From an uncultured Acidobacteriota bacterium (GTDB lineage: Bacteria > Acidobacteriota > Thermoanaerobaculia > Multivoradales > JAHEKO01), in the NCBI GenBank assembly GCA_963713825.1, contig CAVQNG010000025.1:576001-640000 (forward strand): a stretch of DNA of 64,000 nt, given 5' to 3'. The translations under genes and the position numbers were made by a program. The number at the start of each line of letters is the position of its first letter. The first letter of the stretch is position 1. The notes below the pieces were generated by a model. That model ran no database searches, was not told the DNA's origin, and saw only the letters and a list, made by a program, of their open reading frames with translations. Positions 1 through 17,743 of this stretch are shown here, piece by piece.

Positions 1-210
1 CAGCAGGTGGTCAGCGCACGCGAGAAGCCGAAGCCGAAGTACATCTTCGATAAGGGCGAGCCGGTCAAGATTATAGACGGACCATTCAATAACTTCACCG
101 GCGTGGTTGAAGACGTCAATCTGGACCGCAACACCCTCAAGGTCATGGTGACGATCTTCGGTCGGGCAACGCCCGTTGAATTGGATTTTAGTCAGGTTCA
201 GAAACTCTAG
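1..210 (+). CDS. nusG: Transcription antitermination factor NusG, C-terminal KOW part (5'-truncated by window edge)
   Basis: KOW motif [19 protein letters not shown] and C-terminal [17 protein letters not shown]; lies directly upstream of rplK. Confidence 0.97.
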   Translation, partial: QQVVSAREKPKPKYIFDKGEPVKIIDGPFNNFTGVVEDVNLDRNTLKVMVTIFGRATPVELDFSQVQKL

Positions 211-244
211 TTTTTCTTGAAGAGCGCGTGAGGACACGAGAGTA

Positions 245-670
245 ATGGCCAAAAAAGTCGTTGGGCAGATCAAGCTCCAGATACCGGCCGGTCAGGCTTC
301 GCCGGCGCCGCCGGTCGGCCCGGCCCTGGGTCAGGCTGGTGTGAACATCATGGACTTCTGCAAGGCGTTCAACGCCCGTACCCAGAGTGAGAACGGCATG
401 ATCATCCCCGTGGTGATTACCGTCTACGCCGACCGCAGCTACACCTTCATAACCAAGACGCCGCCTGCCGCCGTGCTGTTGAAGAAGGCGGCCGGTATCG
501 AGAAGGCCTCTGGCGAGCCCAATCGGGAAAAGGTGGGGAAGGTGACGCGGGCTCAGGTCGAGGAAATCGCCAAGACCAAGGATCCGGATCTCAATGCCGC
601 CAGCCTGGAGGCTGCGGTGCGCATCATCGAGGGCACGGCCCGCTCCATGGGTATCGAGGTAGAGGGCTAG
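245..670 (+). CDS. rplK: 50S ribosomal protein L11
   Basis: [29 protein letters not shown] signature. Confidence 0.99.
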   Translation: MAKKVVGQIKLQIPAGQASPAPPVGPALGQAGVNIMDFCKAFNARTQSENGMIIPVVITVYADRSYTFITKTPPAAVLLKKAAGIEKASGEPNREKVGKVTRAQVEEIAKTKDPDLNAASLEAAVRIIEGTARSMGIEVEG

Positions 671-696
671 TCGTCAGCGCGGTTGGAGGATTATTC

Positions 697-1398
697 GTGG
701 CACGTCACGGCAAGAATTTCAAGCAGGCAAGTGAGAAGGTGGAGTCCCATCCGTACAGCCTGTCGGAGGCAGTTGGGCTCGCCAAGGAGTCGGCGTTCGC
801 CAAGTTCGACGAGACCATGGAGGTCGCCATGCGCCTGGGAGTCGATCCCAGGCATGCCGACCAGATGGTTCGGGGCACCGTTGCCCTGCCGCACGGCACC
901 GGCAAGAGTGTGCGGGTATTGGTCTTTGCTGGCGGCGAGAAGGTGAAAGAAGCCGAAGATGCCGGCGCCGACCACGTGGGTGGAGACGAGATGGCCAAGA
1001 AGGTCAAAGAGGGTTGGCTCGACTTCGACGCCGTGGTGGCGACTCCGGACATGATGAAGGTTGTCGGTGGTCTTGGTCGGGTGCTGGGCCCAAGGGGCCT
1101 GATGCCCAATCCGAAGACCGGTACCGTGACCTTCGATGTCGGTCAGGCCGTCGAGCAGATCAAGGCGGGAAAGATCGAGTTTCGCGTCGACAAGGCCGGC
1201 ATCGTGCACGCGCCATTTGGGAAGGCGTCGTTTTCTGCCGAGCAGCTTCAGGAGAATGTCGAGGCGTTGATCGGTGCGGTGCTCAAGGCCCGCCCCGCCT
1301 CTGCCAAAGGCAAATACGTCAAGTCGGTGAGCGTCTCCTCGACCATGGGTCCCGGGATCCGGGTCGATGAAACCGCGTTCGCGGTTGCGGAGGCCTAG
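697..1398 (+). CDS. rplA: 50S ribosomal protein L1
   Basis: AKFDET, LPHGTGK and [16 protein letters not shown] motifs; GGAGG RBS before GTG. Confidence 0.99.
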   Translation: MARHGKNFKQASEKVESHPYSLSEAVGLAKESAFAKFDETMEVAMRLGVDPRHADQMVRGTVALPHGTGKSVRVLVFAGGEKVKEAEDAGADHVGGDEMAKKVKEGWLDFDAVVATPDMMKVVGGLGRVLGPRGLMPNPKTGTVTFDVGQAVEQIKAGKIEFRVDKAGIVHAPFGKASFSAEQLQENVEALIGAVLKARPASAKGKYVKSVSVSSTMGPGIRVDETAFAVAEA

Positions 1399-1409
1399 GG
1401 GAATCGAAG

Positions 1410-1940
1410 ATGCCGCTGAGTCGTCAGAAAAAGGAACAGTTGGTCGAAAGCTACCAGGAGGGGCTGGCGGCTGCGCCGCATGTCTTTCTGATTAGTTACA
1501 AGGGGATCTCGGTGCCACAGGTGACCGAGCTTCGACGCCGGATTCGCGAGATCGGCGGCACCTATACGGTCGTCAAGAACCGATTGGTGCTGAGAGCCAT
1601 CGATGGCAAGGTGCTCGAGGAGCTCAAGAGTGAGTTCGAGGGCCCAACCGCTGTTGCCTACAGCGAGGACGACCCAGTCTCACTGGCCAAGACCCTGACC
1701 GAGTATGCGAAGGAAGTCCCGGCTCTCGAGTTCAAGACCAGTCTGGTTGAAGGTCAGTTCATCGAAGCGCAGGAGGTCAAGGAGATCGCCTCGCTGCCGA
1801 GCCGAGAAGAGTTGATTACCAAGCTCGTGTATCTGCTGCAGTCGCCGATCACCAGCTTCGTCCGAATCCTGGGTGCCCTGCCGAAGCAGTTCGTAGTGGT
1901 GCTGGATCAGGTTCGGCAGCAGAAGGAAGGATCCGAGTAG
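1410..1940 (+). CDS. rplJ: 50S ribosomal protein L10
   Basis: VVKNRL, FEGPTAVA and IASLPSREEL motifs; synteny. Confidence 0.97.
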   Translation: MPLSRQKKEQLVESYQEGLAAAPHVFLISYKGISVPQVTELRRRIREIGGTYTVVKNRLVLRAIDGKVLEELKSEFEGPTAVAYSEDDPVSLAKTLTEYAKEVPALEFKTSLVEGQFIEAQEVKEIASLPSREELITKLVYLLQSPITSFVRILGALPKQFVVVLDQVRQQKEGSE

Positions 1941-2033
1941 CAGGGACAAGAGTTGGCCGAGGGGGTGCAGGAACACCTCTCGTAGCAAGAAGAAATTGAG
2001 TCCGATTTTCAGTGATAGAGGAGACCGAGAGAA

Positions 2034-2420
2034 ATGGCGATCGCAGCAGAAGACTTCATCAAGCAGATCGATGAGATGACAGTTCTGGAGCTCAATGGTT
2101 TGGTCAAAGAGCTCGAGGAGCACTACGGCGTCTCGGCGGCGGCAGCTGCCGTACCCATGGCAGCGGCAGCTCCTGGTGCCGGCGGTGGCGACGCCGCGGC
2201 TGAGGAGCAGACAGAGTTCGATGTGGTATTGACCGCTATCGGTGACAAGAAGATCAATGTCATCAAGGCGGTTCGCGAGGTCACCAGCCTCGGTCTGAAG
2301 GATGCCAAGGACCTTGTCGAGTCGGCCCCAGCGACGGTGAAAGAAGCCGTCTCCAAGGACGAGGCCGAAGAAATGAAGAAGAAGTTCGAAGAAGTGGGCG
2401 CTCAGGTAGAGATCAAGTAA
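2034..2420 (+). CDS. rplL: 50S ribosomal protein L7/L12
   Basis: Ala-rich hinge, [31 protein letters not shown]. Confidence 0.99.
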   Translation: MAIAAEDFIKQIDEMTVLELNGLVKELEEHYGVSAAAAAVPMAAAAPGAGGGDAAAEEQTEFDVVLTAIGDKKINVIKAVREVTSLGLKDAKDLVESAPATVKEAVSKDEAEEMKKKFEEVGAQVEIK

Positions 2421-2653
2421 TGAAGCCCAAGTGGGCGACTTTACCTGTTGAAACTAGCGAACCCATTTGCGGAACGAAAGCCTCGACGCACGATCGGGTG
2501 CCAACGGGCTCACGACATTCCCTTCCTGCAGTCGCGCCAGTCGGTGCGGCCGGTAGGGGTATGCGTCTGACTCGGTAGAACGCGCCGAGGGCGGTGGCCT
2601 GGTCTAGCCCCGCCTGATTTTCCGACTCGGAAGAGACCTTAGGAGCCTCTCTT

Positions 2654-5600
2654 ATGGAAATTACAACCCAGGATCAGAACCGCGAGCGCAAGGATTTTTC
2701 GACGATTCGGACGTCTCTGGCGATCCCGAATCTCATCGACGTGCAGCGTCGGTCCTATGAGCGGTTTCTGCAGATGAACCTGCTTCCCGACGAGCGGGAA
2801 GGCCGGGGTCTGCAGGCGGTCTTCACGAGCATTTTTCCGTTCTCCGACTTCAGGGAAACCTGTTCTCTCGATTTCGTGAAGTACACCATCGGCGACTGGC
2901 AATGTAAGTGCGGCGAGCTCAGTGGTCTCGAGTATCTGCGCATGACCTGTTCGAACTGCAGTGCCAAGATCATGACCGAACATCCGCACGAAGAGACCGT
3001 GGATTGTCCCGAGTGCGGCGTGATCAACAAGAATCGGGTGACGCGCTGCGACATCTGCGGCAATCCGGTCGATCTGCAGCTCACTTACTCGATCTCGGAG
3101 TGCCAGGAGCGGGGAATGACCCACGCCGTGCCGCTTCGCGTGACGTTTCGGCTCTTTGTTTTCGACAAGGATCCCGAGACTGGCGCCCGAATGATGCGTG
3201 ACGCCAAGGAGGAAGAGGTCTACTTCGGTGACATTCCGCTGATGACCGACAATGGCACCTTCGTCATCAATGGCACGGAGCGGGTCATCGTTAGTCAGTT
3301 GCACCGCAGCCCGGGAGTGTTCTTCACCAAGCAAACTCCCCGCTCTTTCCTGGCCAAGATCATTCCCTATCGCGGCTCGTGGGTCGAGTTCGAGTATGAC
3401 CAGAAGGAAGTCTTGAGCATTCGGATCGACCGCAAGCGCAAGTTTCATGGCACGGTCTTTCTGCGCGCTCTTGGCCTCGAGGACAATGAAGCGATTCTGC
3501 GGCGGTTCTATACGCCGATTCCCGCCAAGCCGGCCGGCAGGGGCAAGTTGGTCTTGTCGATTCCTCCGGCGGTGCTCGAGCAGGAAAGGCTGAAGGATCG
3601 CCATAGTCGCGGTCGACGCAATGCCTATCGCCTGTTCGCCGGCTTGAAGCTGGATGAGGCTGGTATCGAGACGCTCGACAAGGGCAAGGATCTCGAGGAG
3701 TCTGTGCGGATCGCCGATCTCGATCGAGCCCTTTTCATCTCCGACGTTGTGGACCTGGACACGGGCGAAGTGCTGTTCGAGGCCAACGAGCTGGTGCCGG
3801 AAGATCTCGAGGACCGTCTCAAGGGTCGCAAGCACACCGATCTGGAGCTCTTCTTTCCCGATTGGGAGGTCGTTGGGAACATCTTGACCAACACCCTGGC
3901 CAAGGACCACACCACCAATGCCAAGGATGCCCTGATCGAGATCTACCGCCGCATGCGACCGGGTGACCCGCCGACTCTGGAGAGCGCTCGGTCTCTGTTC
4001 TATGGCATGTTCTTCGACGCCAAGCGGTACGATTTCTCTCGTGTCGGGCGGTTCAAGTTCAACATCAAGCTCGACACCGAAGTGCCGGTGGATCAGAAGA
4101 CCCTGTCGGCCGACGACTTCCTGAAGGTGGTCGAGTACTTCCTCCGCCTGCATCGAGACGTCGGCAGGGTCGATGACATCGACAATCTCGGCAATCGGCG
4201 CGTGCGGACTGTCGGGGAGTTGCTGGAGAACCAGTTCCGAGTTGGTCTGGTTCGCATGGAGCGGGCCATCAAGGAGAAGATGTCCGTCCACCAGGACATC
4301 GACTCGGCGATGCCGCATGACCTGATCAACTCGAAGCCGGTGATCGCGGCGATCAAGGAGTTCTTCGGTTCATCACAGCTTTCGCAGTTCATGGACCAAA
4401 CGAACCCGCTTTCCGAGGTCACCCACAAGCGGCGTCTGTCGGCCTTGGGGCCGGGGGGCTTGTCCCGAGAGCGGGCTGGGTTCGAGGTTCGCGACGTCCA
4501 TGCTTCCCATTATGGCCGCATCTGTCCCATTGAAACTCCTGAAGGGCCCAATATCGGCTTGATCTCGTCCCTGGCAACCTATGCTCGGGTCAACGAGTAC
4601 GGCTTCATCGAGAGTCCCTACAAAAAGGTCGAAGGTGGTCGCGTCATCGATCACTTCAGAGTTACGAGGATCGGCGACGGTCCCTTCAAGCTCGGTCAGA
4701 TCGTGACCGGCGACGAGTTGGAGGCCGCCAACAACAAGCTCAAACGTGGGCGCAAGCGGCAGGTCGACGGTGAGCCACATGCCTGGTATCTGACGGCCTG
4801 GGAAGAAGAAAAATACATCATTGCCCAGGCCAACGCCGAGGTCGACGATCGAGGCAACCTGGTCGAGGAGCGAGTTACCTCGCGATCCGGAGGCGATTTC
4901 GTAACGGTAGAGCGGGACCGCGTGGACTACATGGACATCAGTCCGAAGCAGTTGGTGTCCGTGGCGGCCGCGTTGATCCCCTTTCTCGAGCACGACGACG
5001 CCAACCGCGCTCTGATGGGTTCGAACATGCAACGGCAGGCTGTACCGCTGCTGCGCAGTGAGGCGCCGATCGTGGGTACCGGGCTCGAGTCCATCGTGGC
5101 TCGTGACTCCGGCGCCGTTGTGCTCTGCAAGCGGGGCGGCATCGTCGATTCTGTCGACTCGGAACGGGTCATCGTTCGTGTCGAGGGCGAGGACGCGGAT
5201 ACCGGCGAGGCGAAGGATTTCGGTGCCGACATCTATCAGCTGACCAAGTTCCGGCGTTCCAATCAGAATACCTGCGTGACCCAGAAACCGGTGGTGGATC
5301 AGGGGAAGAGGGTCCGAAAGGGTGATGTTTTGGCCGACGGTCCCAGCACCGATGAAGGAGAGTTGGCCCTGGGGCGGAACGTGCTGGTGGCTTTCATGCC
5401 CTGGCGGGGTTACAACTTCGAGGACGCGATCCTGGTCTCCGAGCGGTTGGTCAAAGACGACTACTTCACCTCGATTCACATCGAGGAATTCGAGATCGAG
5501 GCCAGGGACACGAAGTTGGGTCCCGAGGAGATCACGCGCGACATTCCCAATGTCTCCGAGTCCGCGCTGCGAGATCTGGACGACAGCGGCATCGTGCGCA

Positions 5601-6907
5601 TCGGAGCCACGGTCAAGCCGGGCGACATTCTCGTTGGCAAGGTGACGCCAAAGGGCGAGACTCAGCTGACCCCTGAAGAGAAGCTCCTGCGAGCCATCTT
5701 CGGCGAGAAGGCTGGCGACGTGCGCGACGCCAGCCTCAAGGTACCACCGGGCATCGAAGGAACGGTGGTCGATGTGAAGATCTTCTCTCGCAAGGGTGTC
5801 GAGAAGGACATTCGGGCACAGGAGATCGAGGAATCGGAGATCGCCAGGCTCGAGAAGAACATCAAAGACCAGGTGCGGATCTATACCGAAGAGCGCAACA
5901 AGAAGATCACCGATCTGATGGTGGGCGCCAAGGTGACTGCGGCCGTCGGCAGTCGTGCCGGCGAGAAGCTGCTCAAGAAGGGCGACAAGGTCACCTTGAA
6001 GGCCCTCGAAGCGCTCAGTCGGCAAGAAGTCCAGCGTCTGCCGATTTCGGACAAGAAGCTTCTCAAGACCGTGGCCGAGGTCTATCGCAGCACGGACTCC
6101 TTTATCGAAGTCCTGCACAAGGTCAACGAGGAGCGGATCCAGCTTCTGCAGAAGGGCGATGAGCTGCCGCCAGGCGTCATCAAGCTCGTCAAGGTCTATG
6201 TCGCCATGAAGCGCAAGCTGCAGGTCGGCGACAAGATGGCTGGTCGGCACGGTAACAAGGGCGTCATCTCGCGTGTGTTGCCGGAAGAGGATATGCCGTA
6301 TCTGCCGGATGGAACGCCAGTGGAGATCGTCTTGAACCCGCTGGGTGTTCCCAGTCGAATGAACGTCGGGCAGATTCTGGAGACGCATCTCGGCTGGGCG
6401 GGTCAGATACTGGGGTTGCATTTCGCGACCGCGGTGTTCGACGGGGCGCATGAGTCGGATCTCAAGGGCTTCCTCGCCGATGCCAATCTGCCCTCCTCGG
6501 GTAAGGCGACGCTCCACGATGGCATGACCGGAGAGCCGTTCGAGCAGGAAGTGACGGTGGGCTACATCTATATGCTGAAGCTCTCCCACTTGGTAGACGA
6601 CAAGATTCACGCTCGCTCCATTGGCCCATACTCGCTGATCACGCAGCAGCCGCTGGGAGGCAAGGCCCAGTTTGGTGGTCAGAGGTTCGGTGAGATGGAG
6701 GTCTGGGCATTGGAGGCCTACGGCGCGGCCTACACCTTGCAGGAATTGCTCACAGTCAAGAGCGATGACGTGGAAGGCCGTAGTCGTATTTACGAAGCCC
6801 TGGTGAAGGGAGATGTCCCCGAGGATCCGGGTCTGCCCGAGTCCTTCAACGTATTAGTGCGGGAGCTTCAGAGCTTGTGTCTCGATGTAGAGCTCTTGAA
6901 GGTCTAA
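2654..6907 (+). CDS. rpoB: DNA-directed RNA polymerase subunit beta, with a lineage-specific Cys-rich insertion
   Basis: [30 protein letters not shown] and [14 protein letters not shown] motifs; AGGAG RBS. Confidence 0.99.
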   Translation: MEITTQDQNRERKDFSTIRTSLAIPNLIDVQRRSYERFLQMNLLPDEREGRGLQAVFTSIFPFSDFRETCSLDFVKYTIGDWQCKCGELSGLEYLRMTCSNCSAKIMTEHPHEETVDCPECGVINKNRVTRCDICGNPVDLQLTYSISECQERGMTHAVPLRVTFRLFVFDKDPETGARMMRDAKEEEVYFGDIPLMTDNGTFVINGTERVIVSQLHRSPGVFFTKQTPRSFLAKIIPYRGSWVEFEYDQKEVLSIRIDRKRKFHGTVFLRALGLEDNEAILRRFYTPIPAKPAGRGKLVLSIPPAVLEQERLKDRHSRGRRNAYRLFAGLKLDEAGIETLDKGKDLEESVRIADLDRALFISDVVDLDTGEVLFEANELVPEDLEDRLKGRKHTDLELFFPDWEVVGNILTNTLAKDHTTNAKDALIEIYRRMRPGDPPTLESARSLFYGMFFDAKRYDFSRVGRFKFNIKLDTEVPVDQKTLSADDFLKVVEYFLRLHRDVGRVDDIDNLGNRRVRTVGELLENQFRVGLVRMERAIKEKMSVHQDIDSAMPHDLINSKPVIAAIKEFFGSSQLSQFMDQTNPLSEVTHKRRLSALGPGGLSRERAGFEVRDVHASHYGRICPIETPEGPNIGLISSLATYARVNEYGFIESPYKKVEGGRVIDHFRVTRIGDGPFKLGQIVTGDELEAANNKLKRGRKRQVDGEPHAWYLTAWEEEKYIIAQANAEVDDRGNLVEERVTSRSGGDFVTVERDRVDYMDISPKQLVSVAAALIPFLEHDDANRALMGSNMQRQAVPLLRSEAPIVGTGLESIVARDSGAVVLCKRGGIVDSVDSERVIVRVEGEDADTGEAKDFGADIYQLTKFRRSNQNTCVTQKPVVDQGKRVRKGDVLADGPSTDEGELALGRNVLVAFMPWRGYNFEDAILVSERLVKDDYFTSIHIEEFEIEARDTKLGPEEITRDIPNVSESALRDLDDSGIVRIGATVKPGDILVGKVTPKGETQLTPEEKLLRAIFGEKAGDVRDASLKVPPGIEGTVVDVKIFSRKGVEKDIRAQEIEESEIARLEKNIKDQVRIYTEERNKKITDLMVGAKVTAAVGSRAGEKLLKKGDKVTLKALEALSRQEVQRLPISDKKLLKTVAEVYRSTDSFIEVLHKVNEERIQLLQKGDELPPGVIKLVKVYVAMKRKLQVGDKMAGRHGNKGVISRVLPEEDMPYLPDGTPVEIVLNPLGVPSRMNVGQILETHLGWAGQILGLHFATAVFDGAHESDLKGFLADANLPSSGKATLHDGMTGEPFEQEVTVGYIYMLKLSHLVDDKIHARSIGPYSLITQQPLGGKAQFGGQRFGEMEVWALEAYGAAYTLQELLTVKSDDVEGRSRIYEALVKGDVPEDPGLPESFNVLVRELQSLCLDVELLKV

Positions 6908-6971
6908 CGGCGGAACCGGAACCAGGTTGGAGAAAGTCGACGACCGACTCCCTAGGGAAGGAGGAATCACC

Positions 6972-11153
<4,182 letters not shown>

Positions 11154-11192
11154 AGAGCCGACAAGGGGAAGCCCCGCGATCGAGTTTGCCCC

Positions 11193-11222
11193 TTGACGTT
11201 GGGGTGCTCGGACTGCTAACTT
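11193..11222 (+). promoter_or_regulatory. Putative sigma70 promoter of the str operon
   Basis: TTGACG-N18-TAACTT with TG extended -10 in the 230-nt rpoC-rpsL gap; overlaps a hairpin (CAAGGGG...CCCCTTG) just after the rpoC stop. Confidence 0.5.
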
Positions 11223-11383
11223 AGCGCGGTTCGGCGGTCCCTGAGGTCCACCTGGACTGGCCAGGGGTAGTTTCGCTCAATTTGGAGTTTCTTGCAGTCA
11301 CCCGCTGGGGTGTTCGGGTGGGCGTTGACGGGTGCGATAAAGGCTTGTAGTCGTTCGAAGAGAGATACGGGAGAGTTTGGTCG

Positions 11384-11758
11384 ATGCCGACGATTCATCA
11401 ATTGGTTCGCAAGGGGCGGAAACGCCACAAGGCGAAGACAAAGAGTCCGGCGCTGCAGGCGTCACCGCAGAAGCGGGGAGTCTGCGTGCGGGTTTACACG
11501 CAGACACCCAAAAAGCCGAATTCGGCGCTGCGCAAAGTGGCACGTGTGCGCTTGACGAACGGCATCGAGGTGACGACCTACATTCCGGGCGTCGGTCACA
11601 ATCTGCAGGAGCACTCCATCGTCTTGATCCGTGGAGGGCGTGTGAAGGACCTGCCAGGAGTTCGTTATCACGTCGTGCGTGGCACCCTCGACGCCGTCGG
11701 CGTCGAAGACCGGCGACAGAGTCGTTCCAAGTATGGCGCCAAGCGTCCCAAGTCATAG
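11384..11758 (+). CDS. rpsL: 30S ribosomal protein S12
   Basis: [36 protein letters not shown]. Confidence 0.99.
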   Translation: MPTIHQLVRKGRKRHKAKTKSPALQASPQKRGVCVRVYTQTPKKPNSALRKVARVRLTNGIEVTTYIPGVGHNLQEHSIVLIRGGRVKDLPGVRYHVVRGTLDAVGVEDRRQSRSKYGAKRPKS

Positions 11759-11781
11759 CTGAGATGCAGGTAAGAGGTTGA

Positions 11782-12258
<477 letters not shown>

Positions 12259-12395
12259 CGCCGGTATTCCCCGCAGAGGCGGGAAGTAACGAGGCCGCAT
12301 GGGTAATGGAAAGTCGTTTCTGCGACGGCACGGGGATGCTGTCGCTTTTGTGCCGAAAGGAAAAGAGCCAAGAAGCTCAGGGTAGGTAGATCGTC

Positions 12396-14471
12396 ATGTC
12401 TCGCAAGATTTCACTCGAAAAAACGCGCAATATCGGCATCATGGCGCATATCGATGCCGGTAAGACGACGACTACCGAGCGCATCCTCTACTACACCGGG
12501 GTGAACTACAAGATCGGTGAAGTGCACGACGGAACCGCGACCATGGACTGGATGGTCCAGGAGCAGGAAAGAGGGATCACCATCACCTCGGCCGCGACGA
12601 CCTGCTTCTGGAAGGACTATCGCATCAACATCATCGATACCCCGGGGCACGTCGACTTCACCGCCGAGGTGGAACGGTCTCTGCGGGTGTTGGATGGAGC
12701 TATCGCAGTTTTCGACGCCGTGGCCGGAGTCGAGCCGCAGACGGAAACGGTCTGGAGGCAAGCCGATGGCTATCGGGTCCCCAGAATGGCCTTCATCAAC
12801 AAAATGGACCGGGTCGGCGCCGACTTCGAGCGCTGCGTTTCCATGATGCGCTCCCGGTTGGCTGCCGCGCCGGTGGTTCTGCAGCTGCCCTGGGGCAAAG
12901 AGGATGGCTTTCAAGGCGTCATCGATCTTCTCGAGATGCGAGGGGTTGCCTATACCGACGAGTCGCTGGGTGCCGACTTCGAGCTGGTGGACCTGCCAGA
13001 CGGCTATGCCGAGCAGGCTCTCAAGGCGCGTGAAGAGATGGTCGAGACTGTCGCCGAAACGGACGACAATCTGTTGGAGAAGTATCTCTCTGGAGAGGAA
13101 ATCACCAACGACGAGCTGCGAGCGGCGATCAGGCGAGCCACGGTGACGAATCGGCTGCAGCCTGTCCTGTGCGGTAGCGCTTTCAAGAACAAAGGCGTGC
13201 AGCCTCTCCTGGATGCCGTCATCGAATTTCTGCCGTCGCCGCTGGATGTCCCGGCGATGGAGGGCACGAATCCAGACAATGGTCAGCAGGAGACCCGGGA
13301 GAGCTCTGACGAAGGGCCCTTCTCCGCCCTCGTCTTCAAGATCATGACCGACCCTTTCGTTGGTCAGTTGGCGTATTTCCGCGTCTACTCCGGTCACGTC
13401 GAAACTGGCGATTCCGTGCTCAACGTGGCGTCTGGCAAGAAAGAGCGCATCGGTAGGCTCCTGAAGATGCACGCCAACAAGCGTGAGGAGATTTCGGAAG
13501 TCTGGGCTGGGGATATCGCTGCGGCGGTGGGTCTCAAAGGGGTCACAACCGGCGACACCATCTCCGATCCCAAGAATCCTGTGCTGCTCGAGTCCATGAG
13601 CTTTCCGGAGCCCGTCATCGCAGTCTCTATCGAGCCCAAGACCAAGGCCGACCAGGAGAAGCTGGCTCTGACTTTGGGCAAGCTTCAGCAGGAGGACCCG
13701 ACCTTCAGGGTGCATACGGAGCCCGATACCGGGCAGACCCTGATCTCCGGCATGGGCGAGTTGCATCTCGAGATCATCACCGACCGCCTGGTCCGGGAGT
13801 TCAACGTTGGGGCCAATATCGGCACCCCGCAGGTGGCATACAAAGAGTCCCTGACGCTCGAGGCTCCGGGCGAGGGTCGGTTCGTCCGGCAGAGTGGTGG
13901 CCGTGGTCAATTCGGTCACTGCAAGATTCGTTTGCGCCCGGGGCCCGATGGCGACTTCACATTCAACGACAACATCAAGGGCGGCGCGATTCCCAGGGAG
14001 TTCATCAAGCCTGTGGAGCAGGGAATCCGCGAAGCGATGGAGACCGGGCCGTTGGCCGGGTATCCCATTACCGGCGTCGAGGTCGATCTCTACGACGGCA
14101 CCTTTCATGAGGTGGACTCCTCGGAGTTGGCCTTCAAGATCGCCGGCTCGATGGCGTTTCAAGATGCTTGTAAGAAGGCGAACCCGGTTCTCCTGGAGCC
14201 GGTCATGTCGGTCGAGGTCGTCACCCCGGAGGAGTACATGGGTGACGTGATTGGAGATGTCACATCGCGGCGGGGGCGCGTGCAGCACATGGAGGCTCGG
14301 GGCAATGCTCAGGTTCTCAGCTGCAAGGTGCCATTGTCGGAGATGTTCGGATATGCCACCGACCTGCGCTCGGTGACGCAGGGTCGGGCGACCTACTCGA
14401 TGCAGTTCTCGAGCTACGAGCAGGCGCCGAAGAGTATTAGCGAAGAGGTCGTGGCAAGAGCCGCGGGATAA
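12396..14471 (+). CDS. fusA: Elongation factor G (canonical)
   Basis: [30 protein letters not shown]. Confidence 0.99.
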   Translation: MSRKISLEKTRNIGIMAHIDAGKTTTTERILYYTGVNYKIGEVHDGTATMDWMVQEQERGITITSAATTCFWKDYRINIIDTPGHVDFTAEVERSLRVLDGAIAVFDAVAGVEPQTETVWRQADGYRVPRMAFINKMDRVGADFERCVSMMRSRLAAAPVVLQLPWGKEDGFQGVIDLLEMRGVAYTDESLGADFELVDLPDGYAEQALKAREEMVETVAETDDNLLEKYLSGEEITNDELRAAIRRATVTNRLQPVLCGSAFKNKGVQPLLDAVIEFLPSPLDVPAMEGTNPDNGQQETRESSDEGPFSALVFKIMTDPFVGQLAYFRVYSGHVETGDSVLNVASGKKERIGRLLKMHANKREEISEVWAGDIAAAVGLKGVTTGDTISDPKNPVLLESMSFPEPVIAVSIEPKTKADQEKLALTLGKLQQEDPTFRVHTEPDTGQTLISGMGELHLEIITDRLVREFNVGANIGTPQVAYKESLTLEAPGEGRFVRQSGGRGQFGHCKIRLRPGPDGDFTFNDNIKGGAIPREFIKPVEQGIREAMETGPLAGYPITGVEVDLYDGTFHEVDSSELAFKIAGSMAFQDACKKANPVLLEPVMSVEVVTPEEYMGDVIGDVTSRRGRVQHMEARGNAQVLSCKVPLSEMFGYATDLRSVTQGRATYSMQFSSYEQAPKSISEEVVARAAG

Positions 14472-14523
14472 GTCGTTTTTCTGTACTGAGAGACAAGCAA
14501 AGGTAAGGATCGAGGAGAAGGTC

Positions 14524-15717
<1,194 letters not shown>

Positions 15718-15749
15718 GTGGGAATCGAGTCTGTCGAGGGGGACTGGCA

Positions 15750-16067
<318 letters not shown>

Positions 16068-16086
16068 GTAGAAGAGGTTCGAAGCG

Positions 16087-16716
16087 ATGCAAGGCATCTT
16101 GGGTAAGAAACTCGGCATGACGCAGATCTTTGCCGATGACGGTCAGGCGCACCCCGTCACCGTCATCCAGGCGGGACCCTGTCTGGTCGTTCAGCGCAAG
16201 ACCGCTGACAAGGACGGCTATGAGGCGGTCCAGCTCGGCCTGGTCGAGGAGCGACCGGCGCGTCGCGTCACCAAGCCACAGATTGGCCATTTCGATAAGG
16301 CTGGAGTGGCTCCGATGCGGCGTCTGGTCGAGTTCGACGTCGATTCGGCGGACGAATCGAAGGCCGGCGATCAGGTGAAGGTGGACATCTTCTCGGTAGA
16401 CGAGTTTGTCGATGTCGTCGGTACGAGCAAAGGCAAGGGCTTTCAGGGCGTCATCAAACGCCATGGTTTCGGTGGTGGTAAAGCAACCCATGGGTCTATG
16501 TTTCATCGGGCTCCAGGGTCGATTGGTCAGGCGTCTGACCCCTCGCGTGTGTTTCCCGGGACCAAGCTGCCTGGGCAGACCGGCAACGTCCGGATCACGA
16601 AGAAGAACCTGCGGGTGGTGAAGATCGACGCAGAGAAGAATCTGCTATTTATCAAAGGCGCCGTGCCCGGTCCGAAGAACGGGTATGTAGCAGTCAAGCG
16701 AGCCAAGCGAGGCTAG
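16087..16716 (+). CDS. rplC: 50S ribosomal protein L3
   Basis: [26 protein letters not shown]. Confidence 0.99.
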   Translation: MQGILGKKLGMTQIFADDGQAHPVTVIQAGPCLVVQRKTADKDGYEAVQLGLVEERPARRVTKPQIGHFDKAGVAPMRRLVEFDVDSADESKAGDQVKVDIFSVDEFVDVVGTSKGKGFQGVIKRHGFGGGKATHGSMFHRAPGSIGQASDPSRVFPGTKLPGQTGNVRITKKNLRVVKIDAEKNLLFIKGAVPGPKNGYVAVKRAKRG

Positions 16717-16732
16717 GTCGCAGGGGGACGCG

Positions 16733-17356
16733 ATGAAGGTTGCAGTCAAGAGTCTGGACAACAAGAAGGTCAGGGACATCGAGCTCCCGGACGAGGTGTT
16801 TGGCTATCCCTACAAGGAACACCTCATTCACTCGGCAGTGCTGTCCTACTTGGCGGCGCGGCGCAGCGGCACGCACAAGACCAAGACCCGAAAAGAGGTC
16901 GCGGGATCGGGACGCAAGCTGTGGCGCCAGAAGGGTACGGGACGGGCCCGTATCGGAGGGATTCGCTCTCCGCTGTGGCGCGGTGGTGGCACGGTGCACG
17001 GTCCTCAGCCCCGGAGTCACGCCGACAAGCTGACTCCGCGTGAAAAGCGCAACGCTCTGAAGTCGGCGCTGTCTCGGAAGTTGAAGGATGCGGAGATTCT
17101 GGTGGTGGATCGGCTCGAGATGGATACTCACAAGACCAAGGAGTTGGCTGGAAAGCTCGCGGGCCTCGGGGTGTCGGGGCGGGCGTTGCTGGTCGATACC
17201 CACGGCAATGAGAATCTGACGATCGCAGCCCGCAACAACCCGAAAGTCAAGACTGTCGACGCGCTGGCTGTCAACGTCTACGACGTGGTGGACAGATCTC
17301 ACATCGTGGTGTCGGAAGACGCTTTGAACCGTATTGTGGAGGTGTTGTCCAAATGA
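16733..17356 (+). CDS. rplD: 50S ribosomal protein L4
   Basis: RQKGTGRARIG and SPLWRGGG. Confidence 0.99.
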   Translation: MKVAVKSLDNKKVRDIELPDEVFGYPYKEHLIHSAVLSYLAARRSGTHKTKTRKEVAGSGRKLWRQKGTGRARIGGIRSPLWRGGGTVHGPQPRSHADKLTPREKRNALKSALSRKLKDAEILVVDRLEMDTHKTKELAGKLAGLGVSGRALLVDTHGNENLTIAARNNPKVKTVDALAVNVYDVVDRSHIVVSEDALNRIVEVLSK

Positions 17357-17643
17357 GAGTCCAGGACATCATTCGGCGCCCGCTGATCACGGAGAAGTCG
17401 ACGATGCAGCGCGACGAGTCCAATACCGTCGCTTTCGAGGTCGATCGCAAGGCCAACAAGATCGATGTCAAGCGGGCCGTCGAGGCGCAGTTCAAGGTCA
17501 AGGTGGCCGAGGTCCGCATCGCGGCGATGCACGGCAAGGTTCGTCGGCAGGGTCGATTCGAAGGTCGGCGACCCGACTGGAAGAAGGCTTACGTGCGCTT
17601 GGCGGAGGGTGAGAAGACCATCGAGTTCTTCGAGGGCGTATGA
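17353..17643 (+). CDS. rplW: 50S ribosomal protein L23
   Basis: RPLITEKS and WKKAYVRL; ATGA overlap with rplD. Confidence 0.98.
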   Translation: MRVQDIIRRPLITEKSTMQRDESNTVAFEVDRKANKIDVKRAVEAQFKVKVAEVRIAAMHGKVRRQGRFEGRRPDWKKAYVRLAEGEKTIEFFEGV

Positions 17644-17743
17644 CATCGGCGGTGATTGAGGTCGAGCTTCGGCACCGATCTCCCGCCAGCTGTTCGACTA
17701 TCGGAACGCTGTCCGGATAAAGCAGCGAAAGGAATCAAGAGAC

